Of a DNA stretch of 64,000 nt, positions 1 through 12,600 are shown piece after piece. A program made the translations under genes and the position numbers. Positions within the stretch are counted from its first letter, which is position 1. Each line of letters opens with the position of its first letter. The notes below the pieces were generated by a model, which made no database searches, was not told the origin of the DNA, and saw nothing but the letters and a program-made list of their open reading frames with translations. Origin of the DNA: Piromyces finnis finn (taxonomy: Eukaryota; Fungi; Neocallimastigomycota); assembly GCA_002104945.1 (NCBI GenBank), contig MCFH01000044.1, positions 1 to 64,000 of the forward strand, written 5' to 3'.

Positions 1-1109
1 TTTTAAATAGATTGATTTGTTATTATTATTATTAATATTATAGTTATTGCTGATATTTATTTAATAATTTTATTAACAAAAAGTTAAATATATAATTTAA
101 TAAATAAACTTAAAAATATATAAGAAGATTATATGTTTTTTTTATATATCCTATTCTAAATATATATTAAACATATATAATGTCGGTATTTGTTTGTTTG
201 TTATATATTTCTAAATGTAGTAATAAACATTTTTTTTATTTAACAGGAATACTAATAATGTTTGTTATATATTTCTAAATGTAGTAAAAAAAACAAACAT
301 TATTAGTATTCCTGTTAAATAAAAAAAATGTTTAAAAAAAAAAAAAGAAACAATACATAATACATCTGAAATTTGATATTTTAATAGTTTTAATATAGAA
401 TAACTTAATAAAAAATAAAAGTATATCTATTTAATAAATCATAATAATAATATAATAGTAATCAGCAATTATTGATATGCATAATAAATAAAAAAAAGCA
501 TTACTTAGTTATGTTATTCATTAATATAAAAAATATATAAATATAATAATTAAAACCACGCTTTTTTATATTTTTTATATAAAAATTAAAAAAAATAAAA
601 ATAAAAATTCACTTTTCATTTTTACCAAGGAGACTTTTTTTATATTAATTTTTTTTTATTTTCTACTTTAAAATTCACCCTTTTCCCCTTTTTTTATTAA
701 AAAAAACATTTATTAAATTTAAATAGTATTCACCAAAACATTATATTTTGAGTAAATAAATTAAATTTGGTTATGGATTTTTTCTTTCTTTTTTTTAATT
801 AACTTTCTCACCACCACAATTTTAAAAAAAAAAAATTGAGTAATTTCATTATATATACTATATAAAATTTATATATATGAATGAATAGAATATTAATATA
901 TTTATATATAATTTTATTTTAAATAAATAAACTTTTTACATAGATTATAAAAATAAATTATTTAAAGTGATTAATGTCAATGTTTCATATACAACTAATT
1001 TAAAAGAAAATTAATAAATGTAAATAGATATTTATACAATTATTTCTAGATAAAAATTGATTTTTTTATATTAATTGAATCATAAAAAATAGTGTTATAT
1101 ATTAATTTA

Positions 1110-2677
1110 TTAATTCCAAATCTTGGAACATTCGTCGCTAACTTTTTTACATGTTTCAGCATCCTTTCCTGATCCCCAACATTTAGAAACTTGACTGAAG
1201 CATAAATCAGATTTTTCAGATTTACATTGCCAGTCTTGTTTATCACATGAAAAATAGGAAGCATCAACAAGATTAACAGCACCTTGATTTGGTGGAGTAA
1301 TTGGTTCTGGTGGAGTAATTGGTTCTGGTGGAGTAATTGGTTCTGGTGGAGTAATTGGTTCTGGTGGAGTAATTGGTTCTGGTGGAGTAATTGGTTCTGG
1401 TGAAGTAATTGGTTCTGGTGGAGTAATTGGTTCTGGTGGAGTAATTGGTTCTGGTGGAGTAATTGGTTCTGGTGGAGTAATTGGTTCTGGTGGAGTAATT
1501 GGTTCTATAGTTGGTTCAGTAACACTTGGTTCTTCTTCTTCAACAATTTCAATAATATCTGATTCTGGAATAGAATAATTGTATTCACCTAATCCTCTCA
1601 TTAATCCTGTAACTAATTTTGGATAAGCAATCTTTAATTGGGAACGATCAATGATAGCAAAACGTTCTCCTTCTCCTTCAAAAATACCATTATCCCATAA
1701 AATACATGGAACTCCAATAGATTTGGCACTTTTAATGTAATATTCTGCCCATTTAGCACGTTCATCTTCATTATGACGATTCATAGCTCCAAATTCTCCT
1801 AAAATAACTGGAACGTTCTTGCTTATGAAGAATTTTTAATTTCTCCCATGGTACCGTCAATTTCACTAGCATCTTCAAAAGTACTAACTGCACCTTCTCC
1901 ATTATCTAATGCAAAACTGTATGGAGAATAGGCATGAATTGATACAATAACTTTATCATCATTTTCTGGATAGATAAAATGATCTGGTGCTCCTCCATAA
2001 GCTCCGGCTGCATATGGTGGAAGCATAAGATGACGAATGGCATTATTACCTCCTGAAGCACGAACTGTGTTGTAGAAAAGATTATCTAATTCATTAACGA
2101 AATCCCATCCTTCTTGATCTCCACCTGTCCATTCAACAGCATCACCAACCTTTCTTGGTTCATTCATACCTTCGAAAATTAAATGTTCATCGTAATTAGC
2201 AAATTCGGCTGCAATTTGTTTCCAAATGGCTTCTAATATCTCTTTAGCTGGTTCTAAGTTTTCAGCATAAGCATAGTTCCAATTTTCATGGTGAATATTT
2301 AAAATGGCAAAACTACCAGTGTTAAGAGCATAATCAACAACTTCGTGAACTCTCTTCATCCAAGCATCATCAATTTTATAATCTGGTCCTTCTCCAAAAT
2401 GTCCAGTCCAAGTTGTTGGAATACGGAAGATATTAAAACCTAATGAGTGTAACTTTTGGAAAAGTTCTGGTGTAGTCTTGACATTTCCCCAACAAGTTTC
2501 GGAAGCTAATTGATCTTCTGCATAATCTAAGGCATCTAAGCAATGAGCATCTAAAGTATTACCTAAATTCCAACCAATTTTAATTTCTTTAACAAGTTCT
2601 CTGGATGGAATATTTCTCATAGCCTTTGATGAAGCAAAAGCCAAGCACATCAAAGCAAAAGTATTTACGAATTTCAT
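1110..2677 (-). CDS. Secreted GH5 subfamily 4 endoglucanase (CelB-like) with Pro-rich linker and C-terminal 6-Cys module; one apparent frameshift at ~1833-1837
   Basis: Signal peptide MKFVNTFALMCLAFASSKA, GWNLGNTLDA, RIPTTW, LNIHHE and acid/base motif FEGMNEP in ORF 1823-2677. Adding one T to the T5 run at 1833-1837 gives ...IKKFFISKNVPVILGEFGAMNR (nucleophile motif GEFG), in frame with ORF 1110-1784. Confidence 0.93.
1291..1506 (-). repeat. 18-bp coding tandem repeat, 12 copies, encoding a (PPEPIT)n linker
   Basis: Unit ggtggagtaattggttct on the + strand, counted 12 times; copy 7 (1399-1416) has one substitution giving Ser. Confidence 0.97.
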
Positions 2678-3893
2678 TTTTCTTTTTTTATTAAAATATT
2701 AATCTAATATAATAAATATAAATCTTCTATATATAAATAAATAATTGTTTTTTTTTAAATATATACTTATATAATAAATTTACAAATTATATACAATTTT
2801 TATAATATTATAAAAATAATTTTTTTTATAAGAAAAAGCATTTTTTGTTGTATTTATATTATTTTTTAATCTATTTGCGGCATGTAATTATATAATAAAA
2901 AGTAATTATTATTTATTAATTAAAAATTAAAATATAATTATTTAATATTTTTTTTTAAAAAATTATGTATATTAATAATAAAATTTTTTTTATTCTTTAC
3001 TGACCGTTTTTAATTTAATATTTTACTTTTGGGTAAAAAGTAAACGGAAGGTGAAAAAAGAACTAATAGAAAAAAAGGAATAAAATATAATAATATGGAT
3101 AATTTATTGTAAAGATAAAATTAAGAAATAGATACCTAATTATTTATTAAAGAAATTGTTATATATTGCATATGTTGTTTTTATTGTGAAATATATTATA
3201 TAACTATTTGGATATACTTTAAATAGTTCTTTTAAAAAAATCATACTTTTAATAATTATATAATAATAATATATAATATGTATTTTTGTTTTGTATATGT
3301 GAAAATTTAAAAAAAGTAGATGAATAATTAAAGAATTTATTATCTTTAAAAAAAGAGTGATTTTATTATTGAATATACTTTTTGACTTAATAATAGAACC
3401 AATTAAAATTCCCTTTTTTAAATTTTATCACACTCATTTGATGCCCTTTTATTTAATATACAAATAAATAAAAAATAGTATAAAATTAAAATAGAAGAAT
3501 ATGGTTTGTGGAATTGGTACTACCAAATCATTTAATTCTTTTAAATCAAAATAAAATAGTAAAATAAAATAAAAAAAAAAAAAGATTATGCATAAAAGTA
3601 ACACAAGTTTAATTTAAATATAATTAAAATTATATTAATATGATATTTTAATTTAACCAAGAAAAGTCACGCTTTCCAACATCAATAGTAATTGAAATGA
3701 AACGAATTTAAAATTTGATCCTATTATATAATAATAAATTCATGTTTATTTATTTCCTTTTCTTATTATTTTTGAAATAAATCAAAAACATAATTTTTTT
3801 TTAAAAAAATACTTATTTTTCCATATGATGAAATGAAATTAACTAATAGTATTAAATGTTAATAAGTAATCTATTAATTATTATAATTCCAAC

Positions 3894-4062
<169 letters not shown>

Positions 4063-4338
4063 AAAATAATATTAATAATTATAATACAACTTTATTATAA
4101 AAATTCCTACGTACAGGAGTAATAATATTGATTTAAAATGTTTTATGATATGTATTAATAAAATAGCCATGATTAAGTATCTATTATACTATTATACTAT
4201 TATATATTATTAACTTTTGTTTATTATTATAATAAATATAATGTAATTTGCTATGTTCAGTATAAAAATTATAAATTTTAGTAAATACAGAGAACAAATA
4301 ACAATTATAAAGTATATTTTTGTTTAATATTAATATAA

Positions 4339-4500
<162 letters not shown>

Positions 4501-4628
4501 TTGTTTATTTATAAAATATTTAATAAATGAATTATTACAAAAATTTGAAATATATATATAACTCTAATATTTCTATGGATAATAATCTCTTATATGTTAT
4601 TTATTATTAAATATAAAAATATGATTTT

Positions 4629-6572
4629 TTATTTTCCTTTCGTCATTTTTTCATTTTTACTCTTCTTTTCTTTATTATGCTTGTCTTTTTTATTTTGTTT
4701 ACTCTTAATTGATTTTGATTTTTTATTTGACTTTTTATTTGATTTAGCTTTCTTTTTACCTTTATTTTCTTCTTTTTCACTATCATTTTCACTTTCACTG
4801 CCATCTTCACTATCATTATTAATATCAGTATGATCATTTATTTTATCCTCTTTTTCATTTACTTTTTTTACTTCTTTTTCTCCTTTTTCTTCATCTTCAT
4901 CATCTATTATTTTCACTTTTTCTTTTTCCCTTTTATTATCTTTATCCTCACTATTATTTCCACTTTTACTATCATCTTCACTATCACTATCATTTTCACT
5001 TTCACTGCCATCTTCACTTTCACTATTATTTTCATCTTCACTATCATTATTGATATCAGTATGAACATTTATTTTATCCTCTTTTTCATTTACTTTTTTT
5101 ACTTCTTTTTCTCCTTTTTCTTCATCATCATTATCTATTATTTTCTCTTTTTCTTTTTCCTTTTCTTTAATTTTTTTATTTTCTTCTTCTTCCTTGATTT
5201 CACTAATCTCTATAATATTATCAGAAGCAACAGCTTCATTATAATTTTTTAATACATTTATAATAGCATTGAAATTTGGTTTCTTTTTAAGATCATGATC
5301 TAAAAGACGAGTTTTGGTAGAATCTTTAGTGTAGAATCTATAGCCATCTTGTAAACCATAAACAGTGACACTAGAAATGTTATAACCATTTTTAATGTAA
5401 GATAAAAGTCTATTGAAGTACTCATAATATTGTTCTGCTTGAGCACCTAACCAATTATCACCTATTGGTGGAGTAATTGTTAATTCAGTAATTTGAATTT
5501 CTAATCCAGTAGAAGTAATTAACCTTTCTAAACCGTTAAAGTAATCATCTAAATTTGGCCAAGTAACTCCTATATAAGATTGCATACCAATACCATCAAT
5601 TAAGTTTTCTTGTTGTAAAATATTGGCAAGATCAATAATGGCTTGAGTTTTATCATGTGGTTGGATTTGGAAAGTATTATGATCATTATAAATTAACTTT
5701 ACATTAGGAAGGGCATATTTACGAGCAATACGGAATGCTATTGCAACATAATCAGGTCCAAATATTTCATACCAAGGATTTGGTGTTTTATTATTAGCAG
5801 TACGGGTATACCATCCAGTTGTTTCATCATATTGACCATCTGTAATTTCAATTGCTTCATTAACTACATCCCAAACATCTACTGTTCCTGGATAATTAAA
5901 TTGAACAAATCCAAGGAACTTACGAATATAACTATCTAAACGATACTCCATAACATCTCTACTAACAAATTCTGTATTGCTATAATATCCATCTCTAAAG
6001 AACCATTCTGGAACTTGAGTATGCCATACTAGAGCATGACCACGAATATTAAGTCCATTTTTATAGGCAAAATCTAAACCATCAACAATATTACTAAAAT
6101 TTAGAATAGGATCTTCATTACCATTCATAATATTATCAATAGAAGCTTGTTGATCTAAAATAGCACTTGGATTCATAAGATTAGTATAGGTCATTGAATT
6201 AAATTGATATTTAATAACTTTTCTCATTTTTTCAGATGTGATGGTGGACATGGCAAGATCATTACCATAGAGACCAACACCAAATCGAAATGGCGCTTCC
6301 TGTCCTAAGGAATCCCCATGAATTACATCTGAAATGTCACAATCAGCAGCTGGATCTACCATATCTTTTAATTTATAAACAGGTGTAGCAGGAGGTGGAA
6401 TATCATCAATTGGTCTTAAACTTTCTCCTAAACCACACCATTCACCATTTTCTTGACTCCATCCACCATCGTAAGTAGTACGAAGTGGCATTAGTGCCTC
6501 CTTACAACAAGGTATTCCAAATTTTTCAGACCAACATTCACCAGTGGTAGTTATATTTTGATTTATTATCAT
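4629..6572 (-). CDS. GH10-family protein A: single N-terminal fungal dockerin-like domain, GH10 barrel, long charged C-terminal tail; no signal peptide in the ORF
   Basis: Dockerin-like CWSEKFGIPCC...GWSQENGEWCGL; GH10 motifs RGHALVWH, WDVVNEA (acid/base Glu) and IQITEL (nucleophile Glu); ~190-aa E/D/K/S-rich tail. Confidence 0.9.
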   Translation of the reverse strand: MIINQNITTTGECWSEKFGIPCCKEALMPLRTTYDGGWSQENGEWCGLGESLRPIDDIPPPATPVYKLKDMVDPAADCDISDVIHGDSLGQEAPFRFGVGLYGNDLAMSTITSEKMRKVIKYQFNSMTYTNLMNPSAILDQQASIDNIMNGNEDPILNFSNIVDGLDFAYKNGLNIRGHALVWHTQVPEWFFRDGYYSNTEFVSRDVMEYRLDSYIRKFLGFVQFNYPGTVDVWDVVNEAIEITDGQYDETTGWYTRTANNKTPNPWYEIFGPDYVAIAFRIARKYALPNVKLIYNDHNTFQIQPHDKTQAIIDLANILQQENLIDGIGMQSYIGVTWPNLDDYFNGLERLITSTGLEIQITELTITPPIGDNWLGAQAEQYYEYFNRLLSYIKNGYNISSVTVYGLQDGYRFYTKDSTKTRLLDHDLKKKPNFNAIINVLKNYNEAVASDNIIEISEIKEEEENKKIKEKEKEKEKIIDNDDEEKGEKEVKKVNEKEDKINVHTDINNDSEDENNSESEDGSESENDSDSEDDSKSGNNSEDKDNKREKEKVKIIDDEDEEKGEKEVKKVNEKEDKINDHTDINNDSEDGSESENDSEKEENKGKKKAKSNKKSNKKSKSIKSKQNKKDKHNKEKKSKNEKMTKGK

Positions 6573-7211
6573 CCTTTATATTATTTTATATTAAAAAATT
6601 TAAAAAAAAAATTAAATAATATATTTTTTGTATTTATTTATATCTAATTATTTTAATACAAAATAAATATCATATATATGATGATTAATTATTTAAAAAT
6701 AAATAGATAATAATAATAAATAATAAATAATAATTCCTTTCTAACAAAATTTCATTTAAATCATTATACCTAATTAAAACTCAAATTATTTAATATTAAT
6801 TATTAATAATTTCTTTTACTATAATTATAATGTATGTACATTTCTACTTTGCCTATTTTTATAGGAAAATTATTTTCAAATTAATATTCATATTTTTTAA
6901 TTGATATTAAAAAGATGAAAGAATTTAAATTTTTTAGACCAATAATGTTTTTTAATAATTAATTTTATAGACTGGAATAATAATGTCTTACATCAATAAA
7001 CTTTAAATATTTTTCATAAAAAAAAAGGTAATTTTATTGTTACCTTTAAAAAAGTTGGTATAATTAATAATTATATAATATTAATGCATTAACATATTAA
7101 CGGTATTTTCTATAGAAAAAAAAAATTACAAGATATTTAATTTATTTTTATACTTTAATAAAAACAATAATAGATCAATACTTTTTGATTTTATTTTATA
7201 ATTCTATTTAG

Positions 7212-7212
<1 letters not shown>

Positions 7213-7286
<74 letters not shown>

Positions 7287-7295
7287 TAATTCTAT

Positions 7296-7326
<31 letters not shown>

Positions 7327-7330
7327 TTTT
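7213..7330. repeat. (TTTA)n microsatellite
   Basis: Tetranucleotide run with one interruption near 7288-7293. Confidence 0.95.
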
Positions 7331-8144
7331 ATTTTATTTTATTTTTATAGAATTTTATGTATTTTATACGACGTCTTACTGATATGACAATGTACAATAA
7401 TATACAATCACATCACATATTATATACAGGAGGTTAAATGAGGAAGTCTAAAAAAAATAATAATAATAAAGTAAATATTTCTATTTTTTCTTTTTTTAAT
7501 TTTTACATTATTTTATAAAATATATAAATAGAGTTATATCTTTTTCTATAATCAATTCTTTTCTTTTTTTTTTTAAATTTTAGTGTCTTGTTCGATTTAA
7601 TAACTTTTATTTATTAATGGAAAACAATTTTTTTTATTATTCATTAAAATAAAAAAAAAAAAATAAATAAATAATTTAGTCCTTTTTAATATCATTTTTA
7701 CTTTACTATGCTTTATGAAAAAACACGATAGTTAAATAAATATTTTTTAAATATTTATTTTATTTAAAAATAAAAAATATTGCACTCTTTTTTAAACTTT
7801 TTTTTTTTTTTTAAATAACTTTTTCTTTTATGTATATTTTATTTTTGATTTTTTTTTTTTCTTTTAAAATTTATTTTTTAATTTTATTTTTATTTTTTGT
7901 TTGTTTGTTTGTTTGTTTATATTATAATTTATATTAATTTTTTGTATAATTTAGTTAAATAAATAGTTTTCTATTATATTTTACATACATAATAATTTAT
8001 AAATATTATAATATTTATATTAATTATATATAAATATTTTATTTTATTTTTTCTATGAAAAAGGTTTGAATTAAATTTTTTATTTTAGGATAAAAAAAAG
8101 AAAACTTTTTAATTTTATTCTATTAGAGAGTGAATTTATTGTAT

Positions 8145-9638
8145 TTATTCTTCATCACTGTCATCATCAGCAGAATCTTCAGCAACATCAACATCAGCAT
8201 CAACTGAGATTTCTTCATCGCTTTCGATATTAGATTCATCATTAACTTCAGCATTGTAAGCCTTTAAAACTTCCATGATAGCTTCGTAAGTTGGCTTCTT
8301 TTGAAGTTCATGATCGAAGAGACGAGTTTTGGTAGAATCGGATTCATAGAATCTGTAACCATCTTGTAAACCGAAAACAGTAACACTAGTAATGTTAGCA
8401 CCATTCTTGTAGTTCTTCATAATAGTTTCCATCATCTTACGGTATTGGTAAACTTGAGTTTCTAACCAATCTTCACCATTAGTAGCATAAATAGTGAATT
8501 CAGTAATTTGAATTTCAAAACCTTCAGCAGCAAAACGTTGAAGAGCCTTATCGTAGTTAGCAACATTTTCTTCAAATGGTGGGTCAATTGGTTGAATGTA
8601 AGATTGCATACCAAGAGCATCAACTAAATCTTCCTTTTGTAAAATGTGCATAAGATCAATAATAGCTTGAGTTTTGTCATGTGGTTGTTGAGCAAAAGTA
8701 TCGTAATCGTTGTAAACTAACTTAACATTTGGAAGTGCGTATTTACGAGCAATACGGAAAGTTTTAACAACATAATCTGGACCAACAAAGTCATACCAGA
8801 TGTTTCTATCACCTTCATAAGTAATAGTACGAGTGTACCATCCAGTACTGTTATCGAATTTTCCTTCTAAAACTTCAACAGCTTCATTAACAACATCCCA
8901 AACATCAACAACACCTGGGTAGTTGTAGTTAACGAAACCGAGATATTGTTTAATATAGTTTTCTAAACGTTCGTAAATAACTTCTTCAGAAACGTATTCC
9001 TTAGCATCGTCAAATTCTTCTCTAAAGAACCAGTCTGGGAATTGCTTGTGCCAGACTAAAACGTGACCTCTAATATGAAGACCATTCTTTTGAGCATAAT
9101 CTAAACCATCAACAAATGGAGTAAAATTAAGAGCAATTTCATTACTACCATTCTTGAAGTTCTTTTGACAACCAGCTTGGTCAAGAACGAAAAGTGGTTT
9201 CATAAGGTTACTGTATGAGAATGAATTAAATTGGTATTTAACAAGTTCTCTCATAACCTTGGAAGAAGTAGTTGAGGTGGAAACAGCAGCACCATTGAAA
9301 CCAACACCAAAACGGAATGGAGCTTCTTGAGCTAAAGAATCACCAGTTATAACATTGGAAATATCACAATCAGCAGCTGGATCTACGACAGAATCAAGGT
9401 CAAGAAGAGCTGGTGGAGATGGTGGAATATCATCCTTTGGTCTAGTGCTTTCAGTTCCAAGACCACACCATTCACCATTTTCCATACCCCAGATACCATC
9501 ATAAGTGGTTCTAACAACTTCCTTAGTGGTTTGACAACATGGAATATTGAATTTTTCAGACCAGCAAGCGTTATCATGTGGTCTAGCTAAAGCAACAGCT
9601 GATAATGAACTTAATAATAAAATAGAATTGAATTTCAT
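8145..9638 (-). CDS. GH10-family protein B: signal peptide, single dockerin-like domain, GH10 barrel, short acidic tail; tandem paralog of 4629-6572
   Basis: Signal peptide MKFNSILLLSSLSAVALA; CWSEKFNIPCC...WGMENGEWCGL; RGHVLVWH, WDVVNEA, IQITEF; long stretches shared with paralog A (DPAADCDIS, APFRFGVG, QPHDKTQAIIDL, GLQDGYRFY). Confidence 0.93.
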   Translation of the reverse strand: MKFNSILLLSSLSAVALARPHDNACWSEKFNIPCCQTTKEVVRTTYDGIWGMENGEWCGLGTESTRPKDDIPPSPPALLDLDSVVDPAADCDISNVITGDSLAQEAPFRFGVGFNGAAVSTSTTSSKVMRELVKYQFNSFSYSNLMKPLFVLDQAGCQKNFKNGSNEIALNFTPFVDGLDYAQKNGLHIRGHVLVWHKQFPDWFFREEFDDAKEYVSEEVIYERLENYIKQYLGFVNYNYPGVVDVWDVVNEAVEVLEGKFDNSTGWYTRTITYEGDRNIWYDFVGPDYVVKTFRIARKYALPNVKLVYNDYDTFAQQPHDKTQAIIDLMHILQKEDLVDALGMQSYIQPIDPPFEENVANYDKALQRFAAEGFEIQITEFTIYATNGEDWLETQVYQYRKMMETIMKNYKNGANITSVTVFGLQDGYRFYESDSTKTRLFDHELQKKPTYEAIMEVLKAYNAEVNDESNIESDEEISVDADVDVAEDSADDDSDEE

Positions 9639-12600
9639 TTTGTCTTTAATTTTATTTTTATTTATATTGAAATTAGATTAATGTTTTAATTATTGTTGTT
9701 GTTTTATGTATAAATTTTTATTAATGTATTTTATTATTTGTTTTTACAGTTTTATTTTATATATATATTTTTTATTATATTTTTTTTATTTTTTTTTTAA
9801 AATATAAAAACTTCGGAAATTATTTAATTTATATACTTCACCTTTTTTTTTTTTTTTTTTCTGTTTCTTTTTTTAATTAATATTTAATTATATAGTAATT
9901 AATTGTGTATTCTTTGGAAATTAATTAATAACTTAAATCTCAATAAACAATAAGGAATAGTGGAACATAATATATAATAATATATATAATATATATTATT
10001 TAAACAATATTCAAAACTTTATTTAATAATAAAGGTTATATAATAAACTATTAAACAATATATGTGGTAAATAATTTATGTAAAAGAATATTAATACAAA
10101 TAATTTAAATTAACTTATAAGAATTATATTCAAACCTATCAATCATAAAGATAATGTACAATATATGTAGCATATTTTAATGTTTAAGAAATTTAAAATA
10201 GACACATTCAAAAATTCATATATTATAAAAAAACAATAAATATATTGTTCTTTTATAAATAATAAATGACTAACACAATTGCACTCATAATATAATTCTT
10301 ATTTAAATTTGTAAAATGATAAAGAATTATAAATACTTATATATTAATAATTAACGCTAATACTAAAAAGTTGTTGAGTTAATTATCTATTTCTTTTTCT
10401 TTAAATATTAAACATAATATTTCTATATACTTGCAAAAAAAGTAAATTTTTGTAATAAAAAAAAGTATCCCATTTAAGTCATCTAATCATTAAGGATGCC
10501 ATATTTATTTTAAATTAATTATTAATTATCCTTTCTGTGTAACCAAAAATGTTAAACTATATTTTTAATTTTTTTTTTTTTTAATATTTAATGTTTACTT
10601 TTATTATATATCAATTTACTCTAGGATACATTTTATGATTTTTTAGTAATTTTTATAATTGATTATCTATATATTAATTTGTATAATTATTTTGTACTAC
10701 CTTAAAGCGAAAAAAAAAATTCCTTTGAATTTTATTACCTATATAAAAAGGTCATTTTAAGTATAAAAATAAAATAATTTGTTTTTTAATTAATTAATTC
10801 AATAAAGTATGAAATGAAACGATTTGTTGATTAAATTATTGGTGGGTGAGTTTAAAACATGATACATTATTTATGTATATATATTGATATAAAATGAACA
10901 TAAAAACCTTTATAATATAATTGAATATTACTATAAATGTTATATAAACATAAATTAATGTAATATTAGAATAAACTATAATAGTTTTTTAGTACATCTT
11001 ATTTTGTACATTAATGTATTTATCATATTTTTATAATTATGTGATAAAGTATTTATAATAATTATTGTATTTAATATATAAACAGAAAAACAAACTTTAT
11101 AATTAGTGGCTTTAGTATAAATTAGTATAAAATAGAGTAAATTAGTCTCCATCTAAGAATATAACAGTTAGGAAAAGATATTCATACGATCATATAATAT
11201 TAAGTATGTATTTTAATAATTTATAAATAAAGTATATAAGTCATCCCACAAATCCTGAGTAAATTGAAACGAGTTATATCATATATTAATCATTAATGAT
11301 TTAGAAAATTAAAAGGTAATTTCTCTATGGAGACATTTTTGATCTTCCAAGTTATTCCAATATTTTATATTTTAAAACAAAAAAAAAGAATATGGATTTT
11401 AAATTAAAATAATATAAATAATTTTCTTTAAAATTTAAATATAAATAATAAAAACAATTATTATTAAGTAATAAGAATATATATATTTTTTATAATTTTT
11501 TTAAAGTTATTATTTTAAAGCATTTTTATTCATTTTCCTTTTTTTTTTATATTTCTGTTTTTAGCGGCTTTTTTAATATATTTAATTAAAATATGAATCT
11601 TTATTAATTAAAATAAAGTTAAAAAAATGATTCATATATAAATTTAAATAATAATAAACTTTATATTTTAATTAAAAAAGAATTTATAGAAAAAAGAAAC
11701 ATCCATTTTAAATATTTTAAATGGAAAGAAAAAATATAAAATTATATAATAAGCTATTTTTGTGATTTTAAATATATAAAAAAAACATACTTTTTTTTAA
11801 AATTTTATATTTAAATTTAAAAGTAAAAAATCTGTTTTAAAAAATGCGATAACTTCCAATAAAATAAATATAAAATAAAAATAAGTGCAAAATCTAAAAA
11901 GGTTATGTTATTTTTATTAATTTCTAGTCTGTTCATTGATTAATAAAAATAACATAACTTATTTAAAGTCATTTATATTTTGTTAATTATATAACATGCA
12001 AAAAAAAAAAAAAGATATTTTTATTTTATTATAATAAAATATATATAATTATTTCAATTTTATTCCTCTATAATTAATTTATAAAGTTTTTTCTATTTTT
12101 TTGGTTGTTGTGAAAATATAAATATGTCATAGTATATATTAATTTAAAAATAAAAAAGCAAAAACATAATTTTATAAATAAATATAAGGAATATAAGGAA
12201 TCATATAAAAGAATTAGTAAAAGTATTATTCAAAAATAATTTATAATTTAATAACATTATATTTTTGGTAATATTATTAAAATTACGATATCTCTAAAAT
12301 AAAACAAAAAATGAATTTTTATTTAATTCGTTGTGTTAATAGTGATAAAATAATTATTAATAAGTTTATTTATGTTCTCTTTATTACTTTTTTTTTATTA
12401 AACAAATTTAATATTTAAATATAAATTACTAAATAGAATTGAAAGTACATTTTGCATTATTCCTTAATTTCAAAAAATAATTATCATTTTAGTCTTTTAT
12501 TTAAGGATAAACTAATTTTTACATTTTTACATCATAATTCTAACCCTAAATAAAATAATTTTATTGTACATTATATTTGTGAAAATAAAATACATTCCAA

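Noticed and set aside
1291-1506. Regular 18-bp repeats resembling a CRISPR array
   Set aside because: Head-to-tail units with no spacers, in frame within the GH5 linker, and no cas genes.
4594-5252. Hydrophobic ORFs 4594-4833, 4830-5252 and 4643-4837
   Set aside because: Antisense or alternate-frame shadows of the purine-rich GH10-A tail.
12540-12550. ctaaccctaa, telomere-like
   Set aside because: Under two units; expected by chance.
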